A model generated the notes under the pieces. The model saw only the letters and a list, made by a program, of their open reading frames with translations, was not told the DNA's origin and did not search any database. A program made the position numbers and the translations under genes. DNA of 64,000 nucleotides, taken from an uncultured Dehalococcoidales bacterium (GTDB taxonomy: Bacteria > Chloroflexota > Dehalococcoidia > GIF9 > UBA5629). Where the stretch lies: NCBI GenBank assembly GCA_964545945.1, contig CAZJID010000002.1, positions 1,515 to 65,514 of the forward strand, given 5' to 3'. This document shows positions 16,492 to 28,204 of the stretch, piece after piece (positions within the stretch are counted from its first letter, which is position 1; every line of letters starts with the position of its first letter).

Positions 16492-17688
16492 ATGGGGCTG
16501 AAAGATAAGACTGTCGTGCTGGGCGTGAGCGGCAGTATAGCTGCTTATAAAGCCGTCGAACTGGCCAGCCAGCTGACTCAAGCCGGCGCTGGAGTAGATG
16601 TCATTATGACCCAGGCTGCCCAAGAGTTCATCACACCGCTTACATTCCGCAGCATTACCGGTTGTCCTGTGGTTACGGACATGTTCGAACTAAATTCGGA
16701 ATACAGTGTTGAACATGTAGCCCTGGCTGAAGCGGCCGATGTCGTAGTTATTGCTCCGGCGACTGCAGACATTATTGCCAGGATTGCTGCCGGTATGGCA
16801 GATGAGATGGTTAGCTGCACGGTGCTGGCGACAAAGGCACCCGTTATCATAGCACCCGCGATGCATACAGCTATGTATAAGAATCAGGTAACACAGGAAA
16901 ACCTATCCAAACTCAAAGCCCGCGGCTTTATCATCGTCGGGCCGGACTACGGCCGGCTAGCTTCACGGGGAGTTGGCCTGGGACGACTTGTCGATGTAAA
17001 TGAGATCCTGGGCACAATTTGTCAGGTTTTGGGCAGAAGTTGTGATTTAGCAGGAAGGCGGATTGTGGTTACTGCCGGTGGAACCCAGGAACCGCTTGAC
17101 CCGGTTCGCTGCTTGACCAATCGCTCTTCCGGAAAGATGGGTTATGCACTGGCTGAAGCCGCCAGAGACCGGGGCGCCAAAGTAGTTCTGGTAAGCGCTC
17201 CGGCGGCCCTCACTAAACCGGTTGGCATTGATATCGTGGCCGCCGATACCGCTCAGGACATGTATGAGGCGGTTAAAAAAACTGTCGTGAAATCTGATGC
17301 TCTGATAATGGCGGCGGCAGTGTCTGACTACCGGCCCAAGCGAGTATCCAAGGAAAAGATAAAGCGCGATCGAGCTGCCAGTATGAAGCTGGAACTCGAG
17401 AGGACGCCCGATATTCTTACGGAGGTAAAGGGGAAGTTTCTCAGAGTCGGTTTTGCTGCCGAGAGCGAAAATCTGGTGCCTAATGCTAAGAAAAAGCTGG
17501 AAAAGAAACGGCTTGACCTGGTCGTAGCCAATGACATTACGGTTAAAGGCAGCGGCATCGGGGCCGATAGCAATCAGGTGGTGATAATCGACCGCAAGGG
17601 TAAAGTTGAGAAACTGCCACTTTTACCCAAGCGCGAGGTAGCAGACAGGATTCTGGACAAGGTGGCCCAACTCTGGGGCAGCAAATAG
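16492..17688 (+). CDS. coaBC: Bifunctional phosphopantothenoylcysteine decarboxylase / phosphopantothenate-cysteine ligase
   Basis: 398 aa. Flavoprotein N-domain (GVSGSIAAYK, PAMHTAMY) followed by the DFP ligase domain (SSGKMG, AAAVSDY). Confidence 0.9.
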   Translation: MGLKDKTVVLGVSGSIAAYKAVELASQLTQAGAGVDVIMTQAAQEFITPLTFRSITGCPVVTDMFELNSEYSVEHVALAEAADVVVIAPATADIIARIAAGMADEMVSCTVLATKAPVIIAPAMHTAMYKNQVTQENLSKLKARGFIIVGPDYGRLASRGVGLGRLVDVNEILGTICQVLGRSCDLAGRRIVVTAGGTQEPLDPVRCLTNRSSGKMGYALAEAARDRGAKVVLVSAPAALTKPVGIDIVAADTAQDMYEAVKKTVVKSDALIMAAAVSDYRPKRVSKEKIKRDRAASMKLELERTPDILTEVKGKFLRVGFAAESENLVPNAKKKLEKKRLDLVVANDITVKGSGIGADSNQVVIIDRKGKVEKLPLLPKREVADRILDKVAQLWGSK

Positions 17689-17829
17689 GAGTATCACTGA
17701 AATCGCAAAATTGGCGGACAGACCTGAAGGTCTGTTCCTACTTAGATAAATAAATATTAGCTGGTAGTTGGAGGTTGGTGTGGTAGGCGACCCTGATGGG
17801 TCGCATTCTTTATAGCCGGGGTTTGTGAT

Positions 17830-20493
17830 ATGTCTGAAATTCCAAAAGCATACGAGCCTGCTGAAGTCGAACGGAAGTGGTATACGTTCTGGATGGACGG
17901 TGGCTACTTTACTCCTAAAATAGACCGTAAGAAGCAACCTTTCGTCATAATTATGCCGCCGCCTAATGTTACGGGTGAGCTTCATCTGGGACATGCCCTG
18001 ACGGCGGCTCTGGAAGACATAATGATACGATGGCACCGGATGAAAGGTGAGCCTGCCCTGTGGCTGCCCGGTGTTGACCATGCCGGTATTGCGACTCAGG
18101 TGATAGTAGAGCAAAAACTGGCCGAGGAAGGGCTTGACCGGCACAAGTTGGGCCGGGATAAGTTCGTCGAGCGCGTCTGGGAGTGGGTCCGCAAATCACG
18201 AAAATCAATAACATATCAGCATCAGAGGTTAGGGGCTTCCTGCGACTGGTCCCGCGAGCGATTTACGCTTGATGATGGACCCAGCCGGGCAGTGCGCACC
18301 GCTTTCGTGCGCTTGTACGATAAAGGCCTGATTTATAGAGGCGAGCGGATTATAAACTGGTGCCCCAGGTGCCAGACCGCACTTTCCGACCTTGAGGTCC
18401 AGCATAAAGATGTAACAGGCAACCTGTATTATTTTCGTTATCCTCTGGCTGATGGTGACGGATACGTTACCGTGGCCACTACACGGCCGGAGACCTATCT
18501 CGGCGATACGGCTGTGGCCGTGAATCCCGAGGACGAGCGCTTTAAGGCGCTGGTGGGCAAGAAAGCGGTGCTGCCCGTTATCGGCAGGGTGATTCCCATA
18601 ATAGCTGACAGTGCTGTCGACACTTCGTTCGGGACCGGCGCTGTCAAAATTACCCCGGCACATGACCCGGTCGACTTCGAGATATCGGAACGGCATAATT
18701 TGCCGATAATAAATATATTGAATCCTGACGGGACTATGAATGAACAGGCCTGCCCTTATGCCGGCCTGGACCGCTTTGTTTGTCGGCAAAGGGTGGTGGC
18801 TGATTTTGAAAAGGCAGGTCTTCTGGAAAAGATTGAGACGCATCATCATTCGGTGGGCCACTGCGGCCGCTGCCAGACGATGGTGGAACCCGAGGTCAGC
18901 AAGCAGTGGTTCGTTAAAACAGCACCGCTGGCAGAGAAAGCAATTAAGGGCGTAACCGACGGTCGGATTGCAATCGTCCCGGATCGCTTTACCAAGGTAT
19001 ACCTTAACTGGATGGAGAATATACGTGACTGGTGCATCAGCCGCCAATTGTGGTGGGGGCACCGTATCCCGGTGTGGTACTGCCCTAAATGCGATGAAAT
19101 GACGGTGTCTATTGAGAAACCCTCGACTTGCAGCCATTGCGATGCCACAGATATCGTACAGGACCCCGACGTGCTTGATACCTGGTTCAGCTCGGCGCTC
19201 TGGCCACACTCCACTTTGGGCTGGCCGGATGAGACCGAGGACTTGAAATATTTCTACCCGACATCGGTTATGGAGACAGGGTATGACATACTGTTCTTCT
19301 GGGTGGCACGGATGATCATGATGGGTCTGGAAGACACCGGTGATATCCCTTTCCACACCGTCTATCTGCACGGGTTGATTCGCGACGAGAAGGGCGAGAA
19401 GATGAGCAAGATGAAGGGAAATGTGCTGAATCCCAATGATGCCATAGATGAGTATGGGACCGACGCTCTTCGTTTTGCCGTGACCACCGGTACGTCACCG
19501 GGTAATGATATCAATCTTGGACCCCATCGGCTTGAGGCCGGCCGAAACTTTGCCAACAAGATGTGGAATGCGGCCAGATTCATCTTTCAAAGTCTCGAAT
19601 CTAATCCGCTCGAAAGCGAGGCGTTATCGAAAATAACCGAGAAGAAATCAAAACCGCCAGAAGACCGCTGGATTCTAAGCAGGCTGAATCGGCTTATCTT
19701 GAGCGTAGAAGATTTGATGTCTGGTTTCCAATTCGGCGAGGCTGAACGACAAATACACGACTTTTTCTGGGCTGAGTTCTGTGACTGGTATATCGAAATA
19801 GCCAAAATCCGGATGGCACGGTCTGATTTTTCGCCTTTGCCGATGCTGGCGTTTACATTGGATGCTGCGCTGCGCCTTCTCCATCCGTTTATGCCGTTCA
19901 TCACCGAGGAGCTGTGGCAGGGCTTGAAGCAGCGATTGCCCGAAGGTAGCCTGGATTCACCGTCAATTATTATTGCATCATACCCCACTGGAAATGAAAA
20001 GTTGATTGATGCTGAGGCCGAGGTGGTGATGGACACCGTTATAGAAATTATCCGTTCCATACGAAATTCCAGGGCTGAGCACAGGGTGGAAGCCGGTAAA
20101 TGGATTGAAGCCCGTGTCTATACCGATAGACTTCAGAGCGCCATATCCGAGAAGTCCGACGCTATAGAGACCTTAGCTAAAGCCAGGCCGCTGGCAATTT
20201 TAAACCGTACACAGCGCCAGGCCAAGGAAGAAAAGGCACTGGTCCTGGTATTAAAAGAAGCCGAGGTGGTCTTGCCCTGGGCAGGCATGGTTGATGTGGA
20301 CGCCGAGAGGAAGCGATTAGAGAACGAAATCAGCACCCTTAAGAATCAAATCGACCGGCTGGAGCAAAGGTTGAAAGATAAAGCTTTTGTGGCTAAGGCA
20401 CCGGCAGCGGTTGTGGATAAAGAGCGAGAAAAGCTTCAAAGCTTCAAAGATAAGCTGCTCAGGCTAAAACAAGAACTGACACAGCTCGGTTAA
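17830..20493 (+). CDS. valS: Valine--tRNA ligase
   Basis: 887 aa. HIGH variant (PNVTGELHLGH), KMSKS (KMSKMKG), editing domain and a C-terminal coiled coil. Confidence 0.95.
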   Translation: MSEIPKAYEPAEVERKWYTFWMDGGYFTPKIDRKKQPFVIIMPPPNVTGELHLGHALTAALEDIMIRWHRMKGEPALWLPGVDHAGIATQVIVEQKLAEEGLDRHKLGRDKFVERVWEWVRKSRKSITYQHQRLGASCDWSRERFTLDDGPSRAVRTAFVRLYDKGLIYRGERIINWCPRCQTALSDLEVQHKDVTGNLYYFRYPLADGDGYVTVATTRPETYLGDTAVAVNPEDERFKALVGKKAVLPVIGRVIPIIADSAVDTSFGTGAVKITPAHDPVDFEISERHNLPIINILNPDGTMNEQACPYAGLDRFVCRQRVVADFEKAGLLEKIETHHHSVGHCGRCQTMVEPEVSKQWFVKTAPLAEKAIKGVTDGRIAIVPDRFTKVYLNWMENIRDWCISRQLWWGHRIPVWYCPKCDEMTVSIEKPSTCSHCDATDIVQDPDVLDTWFSSALWPHSTLGWPDETEDLKYFYPTSVMETGYDILFFWVARMIMMGLEDTGDIPFHTVYLHGLIRDEKGEKMSKMKGNVLNPNDAIDEYGTDALRFAVTTGTSPGNDINLGPHRLEAGRNFANKMWNAARFIFQSLESNPLESEALSKITEKKSKPPEDRWILSRLNRLILSVEDLMSGFQFGEAERQIHDFFWAEFCDWYIEIAKIRMARSDFSPLPMLAFTLDAALRLLHPFMPFITEELWQGLKQRLPEGSLDSPSIIIASYPTGNEKLIDAEAEVVMDTVIEIIRSIRNSRAEHRVEAGKWIEARVYTDRLQSAISEKSDAIETLAKARPLAILNRTQRQAKEEKALVLVLKEAEVVLPWAGMVDVDAERKRLENEISTLKNQIDRLEQRLKDKAFVAKAPAAVVDKEREKLQSFKDKLLRLKQELTQLG

Positions 20494-20593
20494 CGGAAAT
20501 CATAAACTCCAAATATTATAAAATCCAATTTTTTCTTGATTTTAAGACTTGGAAATTGCGAGGCATACCGGGTAGTGAGAAAGAAGGTGATTT

Positions 20594-20830
20594 ATGCCAC
20601 ACGTGATCATAAAAATGCATCCCGGTAGGACGGATGCCCAGAAAAATAAACTGGCTCAAGCAATTACGGACGCTGTGACCAACATTGCCAGGTGTGAAGA
20701 TAAGTCAGTTTCAGTTGCCATAGAAGAGATCGCTCCTGAAGATTGGGCTGAAATAGTCTATAAGCCGGATATAATAGAAAAAGCAGAAACACTGGTCAAA
20801 AAACCGGGATATAATCCCTTCGAGGCATAG
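20594..20830 (+). CDS. 4-oxalocrotonate tautomerase family protein
   Basis: 78 aa starting MPHVIIKM (catalytic Pro1 after Met removal) with a beta-alpha-beta pattern. Confidence 0.8.
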   Translation: MPHVIIKMHPGRTDAQKNKLAQAITDAVTNIARCEDKSVSVAIEEIAPEDWAEIVYKPDIIEKAETLVKKPGYNPFEA

Positions 20831-20855
20831 CCAATCGTTGGCATCCGGGTTTTTT
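20798..20855. terminator. Putative bidirectional terminator between the convergent tautomerase and hypothetical genes
   Basis: AAAAAACCGGGAT (20798-20810) pairs with ATCCGGGTTTTTT (20843-20855), with one mismatch. It encloses a small GCCAA-tcg-TTGGC hairpin. The A-tract on the left and T-tract on the right fit termination on both strands. Confidence 0.5.
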
Positions 20856-20878
20856 ATTTAGAGCATAGAAACTAAGAT

Positions 20879-21610
20879 TCAGGATTTGGCGGCGCCATTC
20901 ATTGGTGGGTTTGGGGGTGTTGATTTCTTGGCTGCCAGATTTTGTTGCATTTTTAGCAGCGCTTTCTTGGTATCGCTGGCCACGCGGGACTTATCACTTT
21001 TTTTTATACGGTACTTAAATAGCCAGTAGGTAAATTCCTTCAGCTCGCTCAAAGTCGTGGATCTGCGTTTCCTGTACCTCTTTTCTTTCCTGAATTTATC
21101 GAGTAGCGCCTGCTGAGTATCGCCGTATATTCTGCGGTAGGCTCTATCTGGAATTTCTTCTCGCTTGTGCAGCCCAGGCGCCAGTGTTTCCTTTCTTATT
21201 TCATCGACCGCCGCCGCAATCAGGTTCTCTTCAACCAGGACGCCGTAGAGATAGTTGAGATAAGCCCGGTATTTAGCGGAGCCGATAAGCTTTTTAAATT
21301 CATCCTTGCCCAGCTCCACTGGCGGCATATCGAAAAACAGCAGATTTTCTCGCTCTTTTTCAGGAATATACTGTTTTATTTCGTCTGTGAGGCGCTCTGC
21401 CAGCAGCAACCAGTCGAAGGCTTCGCCGTCGATGAGATAGCGCCAATGTCGACCCTGATAGTCCTCTTCAGGGCTTTTCCACAGCTTGATGGCCTCGAGC
21501 AGTGTCAGGTACCAGTGCTTACCGCCGGCAACCGCAAGCTTGAGATGCTCGATTGCCCTCGCATCTTCTGCAGACATACCCGGAATTTTTTTAGCTTCCC
21601 TGGGAGACAT
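20879..21610 (-). CDS. Hypothetical protein (243 aa, highly charged, K/R-rich C-terminus)
   Basis: Long ORF co-directional with the upstream MBL gene, which it overlaps by 20 nt. I recognise no motif. An alternative start at M12 (21577) would remove the overlap. Confidence 0.6.
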   Translation of the reverse strand: MSPREAKKIPGMSAEDARAIEHLKLAVAGGKHWYLTLLEAIKLWKSPEEDYQGRHWRYLIDGEAFDWLLLAERLTDEIKQYIPEKERENLLFFDMPPVELGKDEFKKLIGSAKYRAYLNYLYGVLVEENLIAAAVDEIRKETLAPGLHKREEIPDRAYRRIYGDTQQALLDKFRKEKRYRKRRSTTLSELKEFTYWLFKYRIKKSDKSRVASDTKKALLKMQQNLAAKKSTPPNPPMNGAAKS

Positions 21611-22412
21611 TTCGATTAGCTGCCTTTAGATAGGATTTAATCAGGTTAAGCGATGAAAACTGCTGCTGCGTAAACTCGGCTAATTCGTATTCATTGCCGA
21701 ATATTTGTTTCACAATCTCGTCCGGAGATAGGCCTCTGTCATGCAGTTCCATGACTTTTTGTCCCAGTTCTTCGAGGTACTGCATCGACTGTTCTAACAC
21801 AGGTGTGGGTTCAGCCAATACTTTGCCCGGGGCAGGGAAAAGGAATCGCGGCTTCAGGTTCTTCACCTTTTGGAGGTCTGCTAGAATTTGCCGTATGTCG
21901 TTCATAGGGCGTATCGCTTTGGGGCGAGTACCTACGAACAAGTCGCCGCTGAATAACCAGCGGTGTTCCGGCTCAAAAAGACAGATGTGGTCACGGTCGT
22001 GGCCGGGCGTATAAACTACATCGAATCGAAAATTAGCCGTGATAACAGCATCGCCGATTTCCTTGACCTGGCTGGGTATGGGGTATCCCCAGACCTCTTC
22101 CTGATACGGGTAAAGGGTAGCCGGCTGATTGATTTTGTCGACGGCTAAGGGATGAGCGAAAAGCTCAACGCCGTATCTTTCTTTGAGCAGGGCATTGGCG
22201 GCAATATGGTCTTCATGGTAGTGGGTGTTAACCACCGTTTTCAAGCCCTTGTCTTTAAAAAACTCGGTTAATTCTTCAGCAGTGTATGCCGGCCCGCTAT
22301 CTATCAAGAGGCCGTCCACAAGGTAGGCGGAGACGGTAGCGTGAGGGCTGAAGTCTGGATAGCGGTACAGCTTTATCTGCGTTACCTGTTCATATTCGGC
22401 GGTGGCAATCAT
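21591..22412 (-). CDS. MBL-fold metallo-hydrolase
   Basis: 273 aa. HYHEDH (HxHxDH) motif and a later TPGH motif. It starts 1 nt after the polX stop. Confidence 0.8.
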   Translation of the reverse strand: MIATAEYEQVTQIKLYRYPDFSPHATVSAYLVDGLLIDSGPAYTAEELTEFFKDKGLKTVVNTHYHEDHIAANALLKERYGVELFAHPLAVDKINQPATLYPYQEEVWGYPIPSQVKEIGDAVITANFRFDVVYTPGHDRDHICLFEPEHRWLFSGDLFVGTRPKAIRPMNDIRQILADLQKVKNLKPRFLFPAPGKVLAEPTPVLEQSMQYLEELGQKVMELHDRGLSPDEIVKQIFGNEYELAEFTQQQFSSLNLIKSYLKAANRNVSQGS

Positions 22413-22413
22413 C

Positions 22414-24135
22414 TTAATTCTTCCTGAGAGAGGCCAGCATTTCTTTGGTAGACTTCGTGTTAAGTATATCTTTCGGCTGGCACCAGCCCCGGCGGGCTAT
22501 GCCGATGCCGAAGCGCATTAACTTCAGGTGGTCGGTGCGGTGAGAGTCGGTACCGATGACCAGCTTTACCCCCAGTTCGCGGGCCCGGTAAATGTGGATG
22601 TCTTTCAAATCGAGCCGGCTGGGCATGGCATTGATTTCCAGCGCTTTATTATATTTGATAGCCGCCCGGAAGACGGCTTCCAGGTCGACGGCAACAGGTT
22701 CTCTTTCACCGAGCAAACGGCAAGTAGGATGAGCTATGACATCGATATGCGGGTTTTCCAGAGCTCCCACGAGTCGGTTTGTTATCTGCTCTTCGGCTTG
22801 GTTCATAGCTGAGTGAATGGCGGCCACTACGACGTCAATGTCCGCCAGAATTTTATCAGGCAGGTCTATGCTGCCATCGGCGCGTATATCGACTTCCGTG
22901 CCGGTTAAGATACGAATTCCCTTAATTTTCTTATTTAGCCGACTGATTTCCTCTATTTGCTGCCGCAGCCGCTCCTCGGTTAAGCCGTGGGCGATGCCGC
23001 GCCCGGCCGAATGGTCGGTTATCGCCAGGTATTCGTAGCCAAGAGCTTTAGCGGCCTGGGCCATGTCTTCCAGAGAATCCTGGCCGTCGCTCCAGTCGGT
23101 ATGGGCGTGTATGTCTCCTTTTATGTCCGACAGTTCTATAAGTTTCGGGACACGGCCTTTCTCCGCCAGCTCTATCTCACCCCGGTCCTCCCGAATTTCG
23201 GGAGGTATATACTGCATACCCAGCCGTTTGTAGAAAGCTTCTTCGGTGGTGAATTTCTCCAGCTCGTTTGTCTTGCTGTCGGTTATGCCGTATTCGCTTA
23301 ACTTCAGGCCTTTTTTCTGTTCCTTGGTCCTCAGGGTAATATTGTGCTGCTTACTTCCAGTGAAGTACTGGAGTAGCGAGCCGAATGAGTCGTGCTCCAC
23401 CATTCTCAAATCGGCTTGAAGACCGCCGGGCAATATGACAGTGGCCTTCGTCGGTCCCTTGGCTACCACCTGTCGTATTTGCGGCAGGTTAACGAAAGCG
23501 TCTATGACATCCTCGGGATTGTCGGCTGTGCCCATAAGGTCGATATCGCCTACCGTCTCATGGAAGCGGCGCAGGCTGCCGGCGGCAGTCAGATTTTTTA
23601 CGCCGGGCAGCGGTCGCAGTGCATCCAGCACCTCATCTACAACAGGCAGGGCTTCGCCTATGGGTATGCGCTGGTCTTTGCGCCGCAGCGCCTGAATTTG
23701 TTGAAGTATGTTTTCTGCCGCCTTATCGCCGAGGCGGAACAGCTGGGCTACCCTTCCGTCCTCGATAGCTTTCTCCAGCTCTTCCACCGACTGTATTCCC
23801 AGTTCCGTAGAGAGCTTATTGGCCGTCTTGGGTCCGATGCCCGGTATTTCGAGCAGTGCGGTGATACCCTCGGGGAATCCTGCCTTAAGCTCTTCGTAAG
23901 CACCCAGTTTACCCGTATTTACCAGCTCGATGGTCTTTTTAGCTATGGCTTCACCCACGCCGGGTATCGACTGAAGGTCTTCGCCTTCCTCGAGCATGAT
24001 TTCAATTTCTTTGGGCAGGTAATCTATAGCCCGGGCCGCCCGCTGGTAAGCGCGAATCTTGAATTTGTTTTCGCCTTTGAGCTCCAGCAGGTCAGCCATG
24101 TCCTCGAAGACCTTGGCGATTTCAGTGTTTTTCAT
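22414..24135 (-). CDS. polX: DNA polymerase/3'-5' exonuclease PolX (Pol beta-like core + PHP domain)
   Basis: 573 aa. N-terminal HhH motifs (IPGVGEAIAKK, IPGIGPKTA), GSLRR...GDID nucleotidyltransferase motif, and a C-terminal PHP domain (GDIHAHTDWSDG ... GTDSH). Confidence 0.9.
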   Translation of the reverse strand: MKNTEIAKVFEDMADLLELKGENKFKIRAYQRAARAIDYLPKEIEIMLEEGEDLQSIPGVGEAIAKKTIELVNTGKLGAYEELKAGFPEGITALLEIPGIGPKTANKLSTELGIQSVEELEKAIEDGRVAQLFRLGDKAAENILQQIQALRRKDQRIPIGEALPVVDEVLDALRPLPGVKNLTAAGSLRRFHETVGDIDLMGTADNPEDVIDAFVNLPQIRQVVAKGPTKATVILPGGLQADLRMVEHDSFGSLLQYFTGSKQHNITLRTKEQKKGLKLSEYGITDSKTNELEKFTTEEAFYKRLGMQYIPPEIREDRGEIELAEKGRVPKLIELSDIKGDIHAHTDWSDGQDSLEDMAQAAKALGYEYLAITDHSAGRGIAHGLTEERLRQQIEEISRLNKKIKGIRILTGTEVDIRADGSIDLPDKILADIDVVVAAIHSAMNQAEEQITNRLVGALENPHIDVIAHPTCRLLGEREPVAVDLEAVFRAAIKYNKALEINAMPSRLDLKDIHIYRARELGVKLVIGTDSHRTDHLKLMRFGIGIARRGWCQPKDILNTKSTKEMLASLRKN

Positions 24136-24213
24136 CTGTATACGGATAGTATAGGACGGGCGGAAATTGTGTGCAATGGAGCACCATATGGGCTATGGCA
24201 GGTTACGAATATT

Positions 24214-26913
<2,700 letters not shown>

Positions 26914-26920
26914 GATTCTA

Positions 26921-27859
26921 TTACTCGAATAGTGCGCCGACGGACAGGCCGGTGTGGATGCGATGTATAGCTTCGCCGAAAAGCGGAGCTATGGATAGTA
27001 CGGTTATCTTATCAAGTTTCTTTTTACCATTGTTGGGCAATGTATCCGTAACCACAACCTCTTTAACCGGTGATTTGCTGATACGCTCGATAGCCGACCC
27101 GGAAAATACCGGGTGCGTGCAGCAGGAGTATACTTCAGTGGCTCCGTGTTCCAGCAGCGTCTCCACTGCTCCAACCAGAGAGCCGGCGGTGTCGATTTCA
27201 TCGTCGATGGTCAAAGCGCACATCCCCTCGACGTGGCCGATGATATCCAGTGTTTCCGTGGCGTCGTTATTGCCTATTCGCCTCTTTTCGATGATGGCCA
27301 GCCGGGCGTTAAGCTTGGATGCCATATCACGGGCGCGTGCAGATATACCGATATCAGTCGCAACCACTACAAGATTGTCGAGTTTTTTCTCCTTCCAGAA
27401 ATTACTCAGAATGAAGAGAGCAGTTAGCTCATCCACGGGTATATTAAAAAAGCCCTGAATTTGGGCGGCGTGCAAGTCCATGGTTAGTACACGATTGGCT
27501 CCAGCCGTTGTAAGCAGGTCGGCTATCAGTCTGGCGGTGATAGGCACTCTCGGCTGGTCTTTTTTGTCGGTCCGGCCGTAGGCGTAGAACGGTATAACCG
27601 CGGTTATCCTTCCGGCGGAGGCCCGCTTGAAGGCGTCAATCATAATGAGCAACTCCACGAGGTTTTTATTGACCGGTGAGGACAGCGGTTGAACCACAAA
27701 TATATCGCGTTCACGCACATTTTCCAAGATACGGACAAAGATGTTTTCATTGGTGAATTCAAAGACCTCGGCTTTGCCTAAAGGGATTTTCAGGTAGTCG
27801 CAGATCGCCTGTGCTAGCTTGGGATGGGCATTGCCGGTGAATACTTTGAGTTCATCCAT
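26921..27859 (-). CDS. prs: Ribose-phosphate pyrophosphokinase
   Basis: 312 aa. FxGNAHPxLA start, PFYAYGRTDKK, DLHAAQIQGFF, and DDEIDTAGS PRPP-binding motif. Confidence 0.95.
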   Translation of the reverse strand: MDELKVFTGNAHPKLAQAICDYLKIPLGKAEVFEFTNENIFVRILENVRERDIFVVQPLSSPVNKNLVELLIMIDAFKRASAGRITAVIPFYAYGRTDKKDQPRVPITARLIADLLTTAGANRVLTMDLHAAQIQGFFNIPVDELTALFILSNFWKEKKLDNLVVVATDIGISARARDMASKLNARLAIIEKRRIGNNDATETLDIIGHVEGMCALTIDDEIDTAGSLVGAVETLLEHGATEVYSCCTHPVFSGSAIERISKSPVKEVVVTDTLPNNGKKKLDKITVLSIAPLFGEAIHRIHTGLSVGALFE

Positions 27860-27886
27860 AAACCTCTCCCTTCATTTTGTGAAATA

Positions 27887-27915
27887 ATTATAGCACCAAA
27901 GAGGCAAAAATGTCC
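27887..27915 (-). promoter_or_regulatory. Putative prs promoter
   Basis: On the minus strand: GGACAT, 17 nt, TGC-TATAAT (extended -10). The TATAAT occupies 27892..27887, about 28 nt upstream of the prs ATG. Confidence 0.45.
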
Positions 27916-28041
27916 TAAAATTGAATCTTGTCAGCCTTGGAATTAAATCTTAAATTCGAATTTCCGCATCCTAAACAAAATTCAAATCACTAAATAACTA
28001 AAACAGTACGTTTTGAGCAGTGAGGGGCAGGTGCGCGCTGA

Positions 28042-28102
28042 AAAATGTAGTGCTGACCCTTTATGGCCAGTTCCCGAGGCTAAAGCCTCGGGGCTACATT
28101 TT
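28042..28102. other. Structured palindromic element in the prs/nth divergent intergenic region
   Basis: The outer stem AAAATGTAG (28042-28050) / CTACATTTT (28094-28102) encloses a perfect 8-bp hairpin CCCGAGGC-taaa-GCCTCGGG (28073-28092) and an imperfect CTGACC/GGCCAG pairing. A second hairpin TTGATCA...TGATCAA follows at 28101-28130. Confidence 0.4.
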
Positions 28103-28169
28103 GATCAAAGAACCGAGTAGCAATGATCAAACCATCGAATTTTATGCTTGGAAATTTTAAATTTGTATT

Positions 28170-28198
28170 TTAGGATTTACTGTTGTTGCCTGTATAAT
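28170..28198 (+). promoter_or_regulatory. Putative nth promoter (would give a leaderless or near-leaderless mRNA)
   Basis: TATAAT at 28193-28198 lies 6 nt before ATG 28205. There is a weak -35 TTAGGA 17 nt upstream, and no SD sequence between them. Confidence 0.4.
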
Positions 28199-28204
28199 AT
28201 TCAA

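Noticed and set aside
17689-17829. Possible T-box or attenuator leader upstream of valS
   Set aside because: The gap is only 141 nt. It holds two short hairpins (17716-17738 and about 17788-17805). I see no specifier-loop/T-box consensus and no U-tract. More likely these are coaBC 3'-end structures.
18229-19371. 380-aa minus-strand ORF
   Set aside because: It is antisense to valS and its translation has no recognisable motifs. It is a typical shadow ORF of a long, highly expressed gene.
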